64,000 nucleotides of DNA. Origin: Octopus vulgaris. Its lineage: Eukaryota. The stretch is taken from NCBI GenBank assembly GCA_951406725.2, contig OX597827.1, forward strand, positions 59,210,001 through 59,274,000, given 5' to 3'. The notes beneath the pieces were generated by a model. It had not been told where the DNA came from and ran no database searches. It saw only the letters and a program-made list of their open reading frames with translations. The translations under genes and the position numbers were made by a program. Every line of letters begins with the position of its first letter. The stretch's first letter is position 1. Of the stretch, positions 11,820 to 25,126 are shown piece by piece.

Positions 11820-12168
11820 CCGGTTCAGCCGACGACAATACGCACCATTTTTGACTCAAACCTGACGATGGTAGAGGTAAAGGTTGGCTGTCAGTGACAG
11901 CTCCTCTCGGCAATAGATGTCATAATTACTTCACATTTACGTCACAAACTGACAATTATCTCTCCTTCTAGTATACACTACACTGAGTGAAAGTACGAAG
12001 ATACTTTCCAGTGTAATAAACGTCGTCCGACTTGTTCGAATTTGTTGTTGTTTCTGCTCTAATTAATGTCATGGAGACGACTTAATTATTCGACTACGTG
12101 TACCCCAATCATTTCCTGTACTCATATCGTTGTCTTCCACTGATCTCTTCAGACACAGACATATACAC
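11820..12168 (+). promoter_or_regulatory. CpG-retaining unique region: promoter / 5' UTR of the ENTPD4/7-like gene
   Basis: Repeat-free and CpG-enriched, with CRE-like ttacgtca at ~11937-11944. Lies directly upstream of ATGGCTCG|GTAAGT. Confidence 0.6.
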
Positions 12169-12176
12169 ATGGCTCG
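12169..12176 (+). CDS. ENTPD4/7: ENTPD4/7-like apyrase, coding part of exon 1 (ATG GCT CG)
   Basis: Consensus donor CG|GTAAGT, phase 2. Joins the 44025 acceptor to give MARITCSW, resembling vertebrate ENTPD7 MARISFS / ENTPD4 MGRIGIS. Exon 2 has no in-frame ATG before its TM helix. Confidence 0.75.
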
Positions 12177-12281
12177 GTAAGTTTGTCCTTTTTTTAGTCG
12201 CAATTATCAAATCGCATTTGTATTGTGTAGACTACACGAACAAATGCAAAACACACAACTATTACATTATATTATATTATA

Positions 12282-12324
<43 letters not shown>

Positions 12325-12471
12325 GGGTTCAGCAAAAAAATTTACTTTACCACACACCGAACTTTTGGAAATAGCAGCCAAAGAATTATATATATATATA
12401 TATATAATACGTGAATTTTTTTGAGTGTATGTGTACACGTGTCATACATACATACATACAAACACACACAT

Positions 12472-12518
<47 letters not shown>

Positions 12519-12617
12519 CACACATACGTACACACTACATACGCACACGTCTTTCAATGATTGTCATTTCAACACTTAATCAAGTTTCATCATTCACTTG
12601 TTCTGTGTGTGTATGTC

Positions 12618-12681
<64 letters not shown>

Positions 12682-12898
12682 CACACACACATATATATAT
12701 GTAAGAGTAGTATAATTTCCGTGTGTGTGTTGTACGTTGTGTCTACAAACTTTGAAGTACATTTATGGAACTCATCATGTTTAAAGTACACATGCCACAA
12801 CGTATACGTGTTGTTTGGGATGCCAACCAATAAGCGGAAACATTTATTAGACAGTGGAGACATATGTGTTAAATGTAAATGTTTATGGGAACGTATGG

Positions 12899-12930
<32 letters not shown>

Positions 12931-13540
12931 GTATGTATGTATAGGCAATCTTTCGTTTTAAACTTATAAACTCAATCTTAAGAATCGTGACTGTGAGATA
13001 CTGTTAGATTTTTTTAACAAGTGTATAAATTTTACTTGAGTACGCTTTTCTTACGTTTGTATATCCAAACGCATATGATATAATCATATACACATACCTT
13101 CTGAAGCATATGTATACTGAGTTCTAACAGCAGGTTATTACTATCGCTATCCCTAAGTGAAATATATATGTATATATATATGTAGAGAGAGAGAGAGAGT
13201 TAAATGTACGGCATAAGATCAGATTCTATAACGGGAAAATAACCACGTTCTTTCTACTGGTATTAATCATCCTCGCATACTTACAAACTTGTTATATATA
13301 AATGTAATGTATATGGGGGTTGATTGTGACATCACTTGCGCTTTTCGAGGTCTATTCAAGCAGATTGCTTCCATAAGCCCCGAGAGACGAGACCTGAGGT
13401 CACGGTCAACTCGTGTGTATGTGTATATAATATTTATTCACTCTTATACCGTTGTTTAATTCTTTCATCAGTTACTGTTTTGCCGATGTTACTTAAAAAC
13501 CTTAACATAAACGCATGCATATATATATGTGTGTGTTTGT

Positions 13541-13599
<59 letters not shown>

Positions 13600-14034
13600 T
13601 AATTATTTACCGTCCGCTTTTGGTATGTTAACTGTTGGACAGTTAACAAGAGCTGGAAAACCACAAGACTGTGCCAAGCTCTGTCATCTACTTTCGCGTG
13701 GTTTCTACGGCTGAATGACCTTCCTAACACCAACCACTTTACAAAGAGTACTGGATACCATTTTTTTTTTTTTTTGTGTGGTGCACAAGCTTTAGCAGGG
13801 TCACCAAATAACTTGCAAGACAAAGGCCTCTTGACTAGGAGGAAAAATAGTGTTGAAGGAGATGGCTTTGTGCCTGTTGATGAGAGGTTGAAACGTATAA
13901 TACAAAGAAAGGGAGAAGCGTTTTGCTTCAGAAGACATACAAGGATATTCCAGATGGAAAAGAATGGAGAAAAAAGAGAGACTTGGAGAGAAAGAGAGAG
14001 AGAGAAAGAGAATGCATGTATATCCATGTGTGTG

Positions 14035-14070
<36 letters not shown>

Positions 14071-14076
<6 letters not shown>

Positions 14077-14263
14077 TCCAAATTTAAGGAATTGAGTTGA
14101 TAAAATCCAAGCTACATACGTTTCCTAGCTAGTAGAATCTCAGAAATAGTAATTACTCAATGAAGGGTACTTGTTGAGTAATTATTACTTCCAAGGTTCT
14201 GCTAGCTAGGAAATATATGCAGCCTGGATTTTACCTAGTACATTCCTTAAATTTGGATTTATA
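14071..14263. repeat. Fold-back palindrome / MITE, ~90-bp imperfect arms
   Basis: aatccaaatttaaggaat...tttcctagctag...taattactcaa [~13-nt loop] ttgagtaatta...ctagctaggaaa...attccttaaatttggatt. Confidence 0.8.
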
Positions 14264-14690
14264 TTTGCGTACACAGTAACTTTGAACTATAAAATAACTT
14301 ATTTCAGCTGAACAAACTTCAGTATAGGAAACATTTACAACCTTCTATGTCAATAAAGCACTGTTGTTCTTGAAAGTTGTTTTTTTATACCTTCTATGGA
14401 CTACTTGAAGCGTGATAACTTCCTACACCTGGATCCTAAACAACATTCGAGCGAGGGCGTTGCCAGTGCTGCTGGACTGGCTCCTGTGCAGGTGGCATAT
14501 AAAAACACCATTTGAGCGTGGCCGTTGCCAGTACCGCCTGACTGGCCCTTGTGCCGGTGGCTTGTAAAAGCATCCACTACACTCTTGGAGTGGTTGACGT
14601 TAGGAAGGGCATCTGGCTGTAGAAACTCTACCAGATCAGATTGGAGCCTGGTGCAACCATCTGGTTCAGTCAAGTGTATGTTAAACGATG

Positions 14691-14740
<50 letters not shown>

Positions 14741-15157
14741 TATACATACTTACATACATTTAGCCTTTTGTCCAGCACAAGTCTAACAATTCTGCCAGCT
14801 CACTGCCTCAGTAGTAGTAGTAGTAATAATGGTTTAAAATTTTGCCACAAGGGCAGCCATTTTGGAGGAGAGGATGAGGTCGATTCCATCAACCCAAGTG
14901 TTCATCTGGTACTTGTTTTATTGACCCCGAAAGGATGAGAGACAAGGTCGACCTCAGTGGAATTTGAACTCAGACTGTAGCAACGGGCAAAATACCGCTA
15001 AGCATTTTGTCCAGCACGCTAAGGATTCTGCCAGTTTACCACCTTAATAATAATAATAATAACTCTTTGTAGTATAGGCACAAGATCTGAAATTTTTGTG
15101 GGGAAGGGAATAGTTTATTACATAGACCCCAGTGCTCAACTGGTATTTATATTATCA

Positions 15158-15492
15158 GCCGCCCTGACTGGCCTCATGCCAGTGGCACGTAAAAAGCACC
15201 ATCCAAGCGTGGCCATTGCCAGCCTCACCTGGCCCCCGTGCCGGTGGCACGTAAAAAGCACCATCCGATCTTGGCCGTTTGCCAGCCTCGTCTGGCACCT
15301 GTGCTGGTGGCATGTAAAAGCACCCACTACACTCACAGGGTGTTTGGCGTTAGGAAGGGCATCCAGCCGTAGAAACATTGCCAGATCAGACTGGGCCTGG
15401 TGCAGCCTTCTGGCTTCCCAGACCCCAGTTGAACCGTCCAACCCATGCTAGCATGGAAAGCGGACGCTAAACGATGATGATGATGATGATGA
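15158..15492 (+). repeat. SINE/LINE-tail repeat with internal tandem units and (GAT)n tail, RTE-like 3' end; representative copy
   Basis: ttaggaagggcatccagc...cccatgctagcatggaaagcggacg..aaacgatgatgatg. Further copies near 14450, 28780(-), 35400(-), 36660(-), 37250, 38800(-), 40360(-), 48100, 59020 and 62730(-). Confidence 0.8.
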
Positions 15493-16479
15493 ATCCCAAA
15501 AGGATGAAAGGCAAGTCAGCAGAATTTGAACTCAGAACTCGAAGGCAGATGAAATGTTGCAAAGCATTTTGTCCAGTGCGTTAATGATTCTGCCCAACAA
15601 CATCAGCACCATACTTGGCTAGTTAAGAGATACTAATAATAAACATAACACCACATTTTACAATTTGACAGAGTACACCTCCATCCTATTGTTTTCAGGT
15701 TCACACTTTGTAAAGCACTAAATTTCACCAAATTGTATTGATACAATTGTGTAGATAACAATGAATTAGCAGAATGACAAACAAATTCCATTTTGACAAT
15801 TGTATTGTGTCAAGAGATCCAAGGTAGACACATGTATTGATACAGAGTGGGGTCCATCTGATAGTGTAGAGGTTTGCAGCATTATCAGACACTATATCTA
15901 AATGTAACTTAGGAACAATTTTACTTCAATAATTTTTTTTTTTTTTTTGTGGCTTATATTATGATGTTGGATTGGCTGTTTCCAATAATGTTAGCAGACA
16001 TACTCTAGATAAATACAGGAAGGATATGATTCAATTTTTCTACTTGTTAAGGATAAAAATTACCATTGCAGCTTCATCGTATCATTTATCTTTTACTTGT
16101 TTCAGTCATTAGACTGCGGCCATGCTGGGGGTACTGCCTTGAGGAATTTTTAGTTGAACTAATCAACCCTGGTGTTTATTTTCTTTTTAAGCCTGGTACT
16201 TATTCTATCAGTTTCTTTTGCTGAATTGCTAAGTTACGAGGACACAAACACACTAATAGCGGTTGTCAAGCACATATCCACACGCACACACACACACACA
16301 CACATACAATGGGCTTCTTTCAGTTTCCGTCGACCAAATCCACTCACAAGGCAGAACTGCTAAGTTGCATAAACATAAACACACCATCTGGTTGTCACAG
16401 GGTGGTGAAGGACAAACACACACACACAGAGAAACACTTGCACATAAACACATATACATGTACGCACACACACAACCAT

Positions 16480-16670
16480 CTCTTATATAAAATCCGTTCT
16501 GTCTGTCTGTGTGTGTGTGTGTGTGGCTTCTAGGATCTCGGGCATCCTCCATCCGATTGCATTCAAATTTGATATGTAGATACTAATGGTATCAGGGCGT
16601 GTATGTCTTGAAAAAATTACAAAAATCGATTCCAGTTGAGAATGCGATCGATAAAGCCGTGGTAAATCGT
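16480..16670 (+). mobile_element. Possible non-autonomous Helitron-like 5' segment
   Basis: TCttatataaaa start, (gtct)n/(gt)n tract, ccgatt...tcaaatttg motif. A similar internally duplicated segment lies at ~26330-26610. Confidence 0.4.
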
Positions 16671-17199
16671 TTTTCTTTGGAATAGAAAAAAAGTCTATCT
16701 TTATTTCTTCTTTTGCTGGTGTCTCAAATTTAGGTTAAATCAGTGTTTCTCAAAGGGGAGGCCTATGGGACGGTCGGACAAGTTGTTTTGAGAAAATTTG
16801 GTTTAAATGTTTGACAACTCAGCATTGTCCATTGGACGGGGGGGGGGGGCGTTTTGCTCGTGTATATATATATATACATTGGTCTTATTTCAGTTTCTGT
16901 CCATCAGATCCACTCAAAAGGCTTTGGTCAACCTGAGGCTATAGCAGAAGACACTGCGGATGAAATAATTATTCGAGTGTTTGTTTTTATTGGAATGATT
17001 AAACGATGATCTGTTTGTAGTAAGCAAAATGAAACTTCATTTAATTCATTTAGAGGAATTATATAGGAGTCAAATTCGATATTTATGAAGTCTGAATATT
17101 CGTATCCTCAGTATGTGGTTGGGAAGCAAACTCCTCGCCATACAGTCACACTTGTGCCTATATATTCACTATTCAGTCATCATCCTCTACTTTAGTATC

Positions 17200-18050
17200 T
17201 TATAAGAAACCTATTGAGAAGCTCACCTACATCAATACTGAATCGAGCTACTTACCGAGAGTTTTACAGTTTTTAGCGACCTGGTTAAGAATATAAGGAA
17301 GAGGATATCAAACCTCACTGTTAAGAAATCATTGATAAAGCAACTCCTTATTACAGTGGTACAGTAAAGATCAATGGATCTAAAGATAAGCTAGTACTCC
17401 AATAAAGGGTAAGGATCCCATTTGGTCATGAATGACCATGGGACTGCATCTAGAAAGGTTCCTCTCAGAGTCACAAGTCTGGGCAAGGTTGTTCATGGAA
17501 GACCAGCAGTCGCCCATGCATATCAGCTTCTCCTCTCCATGCCACCAATGTTGTCCAAGGGAAAGGCAAAGGGGCCGATACAGCTTAACACCAGTGGTGT
17601 CCTAACTCATTTCTACAGCAAGTGAACTGGAGCAATGTGAAATAAAGTGTCTTGCTCAAGAACACAACACACAGCCCTGTCCGGGATTCGAACTTACTAC
17701 TTCATGATTGTGACCCTGATGCTCTAACCACTGAATATGGCTACATATTCAAGATTCCCTCGAAAGAAGGCAATATGTTAACTGGTTTGCAGCCTCACTT
17801 TCCTCCAGTATAAAATTTAATGTATCAAAAATCTTTCTTAATAGACAAGCAGTTTTCCCACATCCATCAATAACGGAATATTACAGTTTATTTAGCAGTC
17901 ACACTCTTAAGTTGAGTTAGATTTGTAAAACACCAGATTGTATCGATCCACAGCCAAATGTGAAGAAGTGAAGCCTCGCACTTGTTCTCAGAATTGATTC
18001 AGTAACATCTAAGCAATTATTTCCCAAGCAACAGTTGGGTATTGAAACCC
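17200..18050 (+). mobile_element. Possible highly decayed Penelope-like retroelement remnant interrupted by a SINE
   Basis: Only scattered short motifs (YKKP at 17201, RGYQ, RQAVFPTSI). Supported by a degenerate hammerhead core just downstream at 18491-18546. Confidence 0.3.
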
Positions 18051-18368
18051 TAAACCAGGCAATATACATGCACACATATACATATATATTTCATATATAT
18101 ATATATATATATTACCATACAACTATGCCTGAGCCTAGGGGTTTATATATATATATATATTATTCTTTATACTTTATACTTTGTCATTTGACTGTGGCCA
18201 TGCTGGAGCACTGCCTTTAGTCAAGCAAGTCAACTTCAGGTCTTATTCCTTGTAAGTCCTCGTACATATTCTATCAGTCTTGATTTGCTGAACTACTAAG
18301 TTACAGGAACGTAAACGCTTCAGCATTGGTTGTCAAGCGATGGTGGGAAGGATAAACACAGACACACA

Positions 18369-18409
<41 letters not shown>

Positions 18410-19345
18410 CGGGCTTTCAGTTTCCTTCTACCAAGTCCACTAGATATTTATACATACATTTATAAATATCTCATTTATTTCCCTAAGTATGGCTCGCTGA
18501 TGAAGAAAAGTTATTGGACTAATCCCAAAACTGATCAATCCAAGGCATTTCTCAAAATTTTCATGGGATTTTCCCTCACAAAATAATGACAATTGTTGAC
18601 ATTATGACCAAGATTCCAAGAACATGGTTTCGGACGCTGATTGATAATGTCTTGTTTAAGACTGTTTTGTCTGAAGCAGTGTGGAGCCGGCTTAATAGAG
18701 TAGCAATGAAAACAATCACTGTATCACTTCAAGTCTCAATGCTAAAAAGCAAGTCTGTAAAACTGATGCACGCACTGATGGATTTACGGTTTCACATAAG
18801 GCTATAACAAACTCAGTCTCACAAAACAAGTCAGTATAAAGTTGGCCATGACTATGTAATTACTAAGTAAAATACGTAGCACAGATCACAATGAAAAAGT
18901 GGATGAGACAGGGGACTCTTTGTGTATTATACATGAAGTCACTTTGTCCCACTATGCTGGTGTAGCTGACAAGGAAATATTACCTTGATATACTTGTTGC
19001 TTTGAGTTTAAATTGATTGCATTCAAAGAAAAATGCTTCCAGTCTCTAGGAATGACATCATTAAACACAGTAAACTTTCCTTTCATATATCTGTATTGTA
19101 AGTTTAGGGCGTTTAATGATTTTAGACAAAAATATTCAACATTAAAAAAGAAACAAAATATACCAATGGCCACACTTAATTACCTTGAAGGCCGCAGGTT
19201 CCCCCATTTCTGTCTTAATGGCTTTGGCATACAACCCTGGGCACATTGTTCCTTATAACAAAAACAGGTTTAAATTAATGGAGGTGTTTGTCTTGTTCTT
19301 TTCTCATTCATTTATTAACTAATATATACTTATTTGTATGTATAC

Positions 19346-19388
<43 letters not shown>

Positions 19389-19560
19389 AATTGAGATAGG
19401 GCTTGTAAATGCAACCCTCTATGGGATAACGTATATCCAATATACTGCTAGTGAAGTACCCAACAAAGTTAATACATAAATGTTAATAATTGCGATGCAA
19501 TCAATTCATTTACTGTATTATATGGGCAAAGGTAAAATGATTTACCACAAATTACTAATA

Positions 19561-19779
19561 CAAGATAAGAAAATGTAGAAATACATCTAAATCAAATATC
19601 AATTACCAGATAATACTCAATCACATACTTTATTAAACCACCACATAAGAGACTGTAGGGTTAAATATAAAAAGCAGAACAAATCAGTGTACATAAAGGA
19701 GTGGTTTAATAAAGTATGTGATTGAGTATTATCTGGTAATTGATATTTGATTTAGATGTATTTCTCCATTTTCTTATCT

Positions 19780-19781
<2 letters not shown>
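19561..19781. mobile_element. TA-flanked MITE with ~80-bp near-perfect inverted arms
   Basis: 19561-19641 versus 19702-19781, about one mismatch. TA on both sides. Confidence 0.85.
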
Positions 19782-19829
<48 letters not shown>

Positions 19830-21090
19830 TATACATGCACACCATACACAAACACGTTATCAATTACCTATTTCTTTATTACTCACACGGGGCTAAACAT
19901 AGAGGGGACAAACAAGGACTGACATAGGTATTAAGTCGATTACATCGACCCCAGTGCATATCTGGTACTTATTTAACCGACCCCGAAAGGATGAAAGGTA
20001 AAGTTGACCTCGGCGGAATTTGAACTCACAACGTAACGGCAGACGAAATACCACTAAGCATTTCACCCGGCGCGCTAACGTTTCTGCCAGCTCGTCCCAT
20101 AAACAGACATTTAGGATTGGCCATGTCTCCACTTGTGTTCACACTTCACTGCATTCACCTCTGTAAACAATCTATCCATTTACTGATCTCCTTTCAAATT
20201 CTCACAAACTTACTCACCTATCCCCCCAACTTCTGTACTACTTTTCTTATATTAAACTTCCTGTAACTTGAGAGTAACCTCATGGTATGCTCTGACACAT
20301 TTCCACTACTATCTTCTCTCTCTTTTCCAACTGGAGTAGCCATGTATCTGCTGGACAGCGAGACACCTGTTCCCATTTCCCTATCATGCTTTAAACCTCT
20401 CATCATCAAGTATAAAACCACCATCTTCAGTACTATACATCAGGCCTGGCCAATTCAAACTACATTGGGGGCCACTTTAATCACAGAAAGTTTTTGAGGT
20501 CTGCTTGTATACTTTATGCACTAATAGTCAATCAAATTACAGAATCAAGAATTTTTTGTACTTTTCATTTCTTTAAAATTATAAAATTGTAGGCTATTAC
20601 TCTATTGCCACTTATGAATTCTAATTTTATTTTAAAATTAAACACGATACTTAAAGAAAGTATCAAGCAGGCTGCAAGATAAAAGCCTGCGGGCCACGTT
20701 GGTGCCCCCTAAAAAACACCCAGCACATTTTGTAAAGTGGTTGGTGTTAGAAACCATACCAGAATAGAAAACATCCTTTCTGTAGAGGAGTGTAGGCTCA
20801 AAATGTTAAAAACTTTTACCTGCGCATCAACCTAATAGATCTTGTTGTTCTTTAATCCCATCTTTGTATTGTTGCAATCCTTTGAATGATAACTGAAGAG
20901 GATTTGGTGACATTCTGTGTGTTTGTCTGTCTGTCTGTCTGTCTGTGGTTATATAAATTATGTGTGTTTTTTTTAACATATTATTTAATGCTTATCCATG
21001 CATCTAAGCGTGAAGCTTACATAAATACCATCCCAAATTGTGAACTGTAAACATTGAACCAAGAAAAATGAACAAACAAGCAAGCAATGC

Positions 21091-21246
21091 AAAAAACCAG
21101 CATTTAGAATTGGATGTTGGAACAAAAGGACCATGACAACTTGTCTGTCAGAGGACCTTCAAAAAATCACCAACACACGCAAGACAGCAGTGATCAACAA
21201 CGAACTGCTTCGACTCTGAGTGGATATTACAGCATTCCAGGAAACT
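21091..21246 (+). mobile_element. RTE-type LINE APE endonuclease N-terminal fragment
   Basis: KKPAFRIGCWNKRTMTTCLSEDLQKITNTRKTAVINNELLRL*VDITAFQET, containing WN.R and DI..QET motifs and one stop codon. Confidence 0.8.
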
Positions 21247-21296
21247 CTATTCTCTGTTTTCCTTAATCTGATTCATTATGTGTGTGTGTGTGTGTG

Positions 21297-21490
21297 TTGA
21301 AAAAAAAAGAGGCAGTCAGAATTTTGGATAATTCTTTATTAGTGCTTCTGTTTGTTTACCCAAACTCTTCAAGACAAAAATTAAAACCAAAATTATTTTG
21401 GCTTTAACTTTTGTCTTGAAGAGTTTGGTTAAATGAACAAAAGTGTTAATAAGGAATTACCCAAAATTCTGACTGCCTCCTTTTTCTCAA
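21297..21490. repeat. Fold-back palindrome, ~95-bp arms with almost no loop
   Basis: gaggcagtcagaattttgg...caaactcttcaagacaaaa...ccaaaat|t|attttgg...ttttgtcttgaagagtttg...ccaaaattctgactgcctc. Confidence 0.82.
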
Positions 21491-23735
21491 TATACAATAT
21501 CTGTACACCACTTTAAAGACTCCATCCATCCATCCATCTGTATGTATGTACGTATTCTTTTATGTTTCAGCCCTAGGTCTGTGGCTTTGCTGAAACACCA
21601 CCAGTGTAATCACCTTTTCAATGTCCAATCTTATTTGATTGGCTTTTGATGAAGGAGGGAGTTCGACACTGCTGCTCTCTTTTGAGTTTCCTGCCTTGAT
21701 ATAGGTTTATCTGGGGCACTTTTCTATGCTTGCATGGATCAGAGAGAATTCATTAAGATAGTTTTTCTATGGTTAGATATTACTTGTTGCTAGTTCTCAC
21801 GTGTTTCCCATCTATTGTGATAATCTCTTACTCTATCAAATGACAAACAGCCTCAAAATAGTTATGCAGTGAACTGGAAATGATGAACACCACCTGCACT
21901 GTTGTTTACAGTCAGCAAAACCACTTGAGGACAAGGAGAAACACACAAGTACCATTGAATGTAGCACTTACCCTTCCCAACTGTAAATGTAGATGAAACA
22001 GGATTTTTCTTAAAAAACATACTTTCCTGCGATTTAATCGCCCAAGAAGGACAAAAACACTTCCGGGTTGAAAGCCAGACAAAACTGTTAACCGTATTAC
22101 TTGGTGGTAATGGTTCAGGAACCAGTAATACCAGAAAGAATTCTTACTACTCAATTCTTCAGTATCAGCATCACTAGGGTTATGGAAATCATGGACCTGT
22201 TTACTGAGGATGATCCTGACTTGAAGTACAACAGTAATGTAGAGAGAGATATTCTGGATATGATCATTCTCCTACCATCAACTACTTCATGAGAGAACAT
22301 GCAAAAGAACACAAGCAACATTTGATGCTGTCTTCATAAAGCAACCACTATGCAAAGAAGAGCCATTGCCTAGACCTTCATCTTAGATACAGCATCTTTT
22401 ATCCTGCTTTGCACTATTGCTTTTCAACTAAATCAGTGGTTAATAGGCTGGTGTATTGTGTAATTAAAGTTAATTTCACCTGTTTAATAATTTCATCCTT
22501 TAAGCTGCCTCCTTTCTACTATAGCCTCACTCAGTCGTAGGGGATCACAGTTTTGTTAGTGATGTGATGATATACCTAGTGCTGATGCCTTGAAAAAAAA
22601 TGTTTTGACCTAATTAACACTGATACTATGCTATAAAGTGGTTGGAGTTAGGAAGGGTATCCAGCTGTTGAAAAACATGCCAAGCAGTCATTGGAGCATA
22701 ATGTAGTCCTGGGAACTATCAGGTCCTTTCAAACCATTCAACAAATGAGGATGGTGATGATTAAGATTTCATGTAGCAATCATACCTCACCACTTCTTCC
22801 CATGTCTTTTTGGTCTTCCTTTTCCACAGGCTCTTTCCACTTGTATCATTTGACACTTTTCCACCCAACTATCATTTTTCTTTAAACATCCCATGATTAT
22901 ATCTATGCAGTCTACTTTCATGTATAACTCTTGCTTAAGTCTTGTTTGCGCTATCAAACAATATATCTCTTAGCTTGATGGTTCAGAGCACTGTCAGCAT
23001 TTGAGAGGACCGGGGTTGGATTCCCTATGGAGACTTGCTGGCCACTTTATTTTTTTTTTGTTATTGCCCTCGTGGCAAATAAAGAAAACATCAAAGTTCT
23101 TTAGAACTACAAGAGTATTTCACACCCTTCCAATTCTCCTTTTAAAACATATTTTGTTCTTTGTTACAAGAATTCTGTAGCAGATGAGTTGATTTTGAAT
23201 ATTAGAGTATAAATTATTTAAGAGAAAGGTCTTTAATCATCTATCTTTTGTGATGACAGCTGGAGGAGTGGGTAGAGAATTGGACATTATTTGAAGAGAG
23301 ATCTGAGAAATAACAGATGTTGAAGGTCACAACTTATTACCTTTCAGTTGAAATAACAGAACTAGAAATATTGATTGAGCAAATAGAATGTTATGTAACA
23401 ACCATAAGCTGCAATGGTTTTAACAAACTCTTTAAGAGCTACACAGGGGGCTTCTATATGATAACTTGACCTGCCAAAAGAATGCTACCACCTTAAAGGG
23501 GAAGATGGAGATGCATGTTATATAGGATAAAGACAGGGTTTCTATAACTGGAATACTTTTGATCATAAGTTTGCTCTATCTTGGGAATGAACTACACATT
23601 CCCCATCTGTGAGGTGTGGAAGGGGATTATTACAGTCTCACCACATGGTATCTTGGGCAAGTCCGTTCTACTATTGTCTCAGGCTGACAAAGCCTTGTAA
23701 GTAGATTTGGTAGATGGAAACTGAAAGAAACCTGT

Positions 23736-23792
<57 letters not shown>

Positions 23793-23959
23793 CCACTACA
23801 CATTCTTTCTCTCCTTGTTTCTTCCTGTGTTCCTTTCCATGGAAAAGCGTAGGCTTGAAACGTTAAAGACATTTTCACTTCCTGAGCGTAAAACTAATAC
23901 ATCTGTTTGTTATCTACACCTCCTGTTTTTGCCTTTTGTTTTTTTGTGAATTCTCTCTC

Positions 23960-24010
<51 letters not shown>

Positions 24011-24499
24011 CTGTGTTTGTCCCCCACCATTGCTTGACAACCGGTGTTGGTGTGTGTATGTTTTTTCGTAGCTTTGCAGTTCGGCAAAAGAAACCAATAG
24101 AATAATTACTAGGCTTAAAAGATAGTTAAGTCCTGAGTTTAATTTCCTTGACTACAAACCCTTCAAGGCAGTGCCCCAGCATGGCTACAATCAAATGACT
24201 GAAACAAGTAAAAGATACAGACATATATATGCATGCATACTGTATGCTATCTTCTAAATCCAATTGTAAAGCTTTGACTGGCATGAGGTCTTATAGTTAA
24301 AGGCATTTGCTAAACGTGCTGCGCCAGTTGATTGACTTGTTAAAAGAAAGCAACATGGGGTGAATAAGCTGTTTGATGATGATAACTATAAAGGGAATAT
24401 TGAACATAAAATACAGAGCACAAAGGCAAAATGTAGATAGAGTAGCTCAGAAGCTAATTTAAAATCTGACTGATTTTACATGTTCAGGCACATCTTTTA

Positions 24500-24931
24500 C
24501 CCTTTTACTCTTTTACTTGTTTCAGTCATTTGACTGTGGCCATGCTGGAGCACCGCCTTTAGTCGACCAAATCGACCCCAGGACTTATTCTTTGTAAGCC
24601 TAGTACTTATTCTATCGGTCTCTTTTGCCGAACCGCTAAGTTACAGGGACGCAAACACACCAGCATCGGTTGTCAAGCTGGCAGAAACGTTAGCACGCCG
24701 GGCGAAATGCGTAGCCGTATTTCGTCTATCGTTACGCTGTGAGATCAAATTCCGCCGAGGTCGACTTTGCCTTTCATCCTTTCGGGGTCGATAAATTAAG
24801 TACCAGTTACGCACTGGTGTCAATGGAATCGACTTAATACCTATGTCTGTCCTTGTTTGTCCCATCTATGTTTAGCCCCTTGTGGGTAATAAAGAAATAG
24901 GTTGTCAAGCGATGTTGGGGGACAAATACAA

Positions 24932-24964
<33 letters not shown>

Positions 24965-25126
24965 CATTTCTCTCCTTGTTTTTTTCTGTGTATCTTTCTG
25001 TCGAAGAGCATAGGCTCGAAACGTAAAAGACTTTTTCTACTTCTATTCCTGAGCACTATACTAATACATTTGTTTGTTTGTACTCCACCTGCCTTCGTCT
25101 TTTGTTTATTTTCATAAACTTTCCCG

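Noticed and set aside
12098-14100. Many ORFs rich in YI/HT/CV dipeptides
   Set aside because: Translations of (TA)n and (CA)n microsatellites, not genes. The same applies to similar ORFs throughout the window.
15098-15451. Recurrent 'LQLDALPNANH / WLVLGRASSCRN' ORFs
   Set aside because: Reading frames through a high-copy SINE/LINE-tail repeat; no conserved start or splice structure.
18586-18807. 73-aa ORF in non-microsatellite sequence in ENTPD intron 1
   Set aside because: No recognisable motif or convincing splice sites on either strand; a nested gene cannot be supported.
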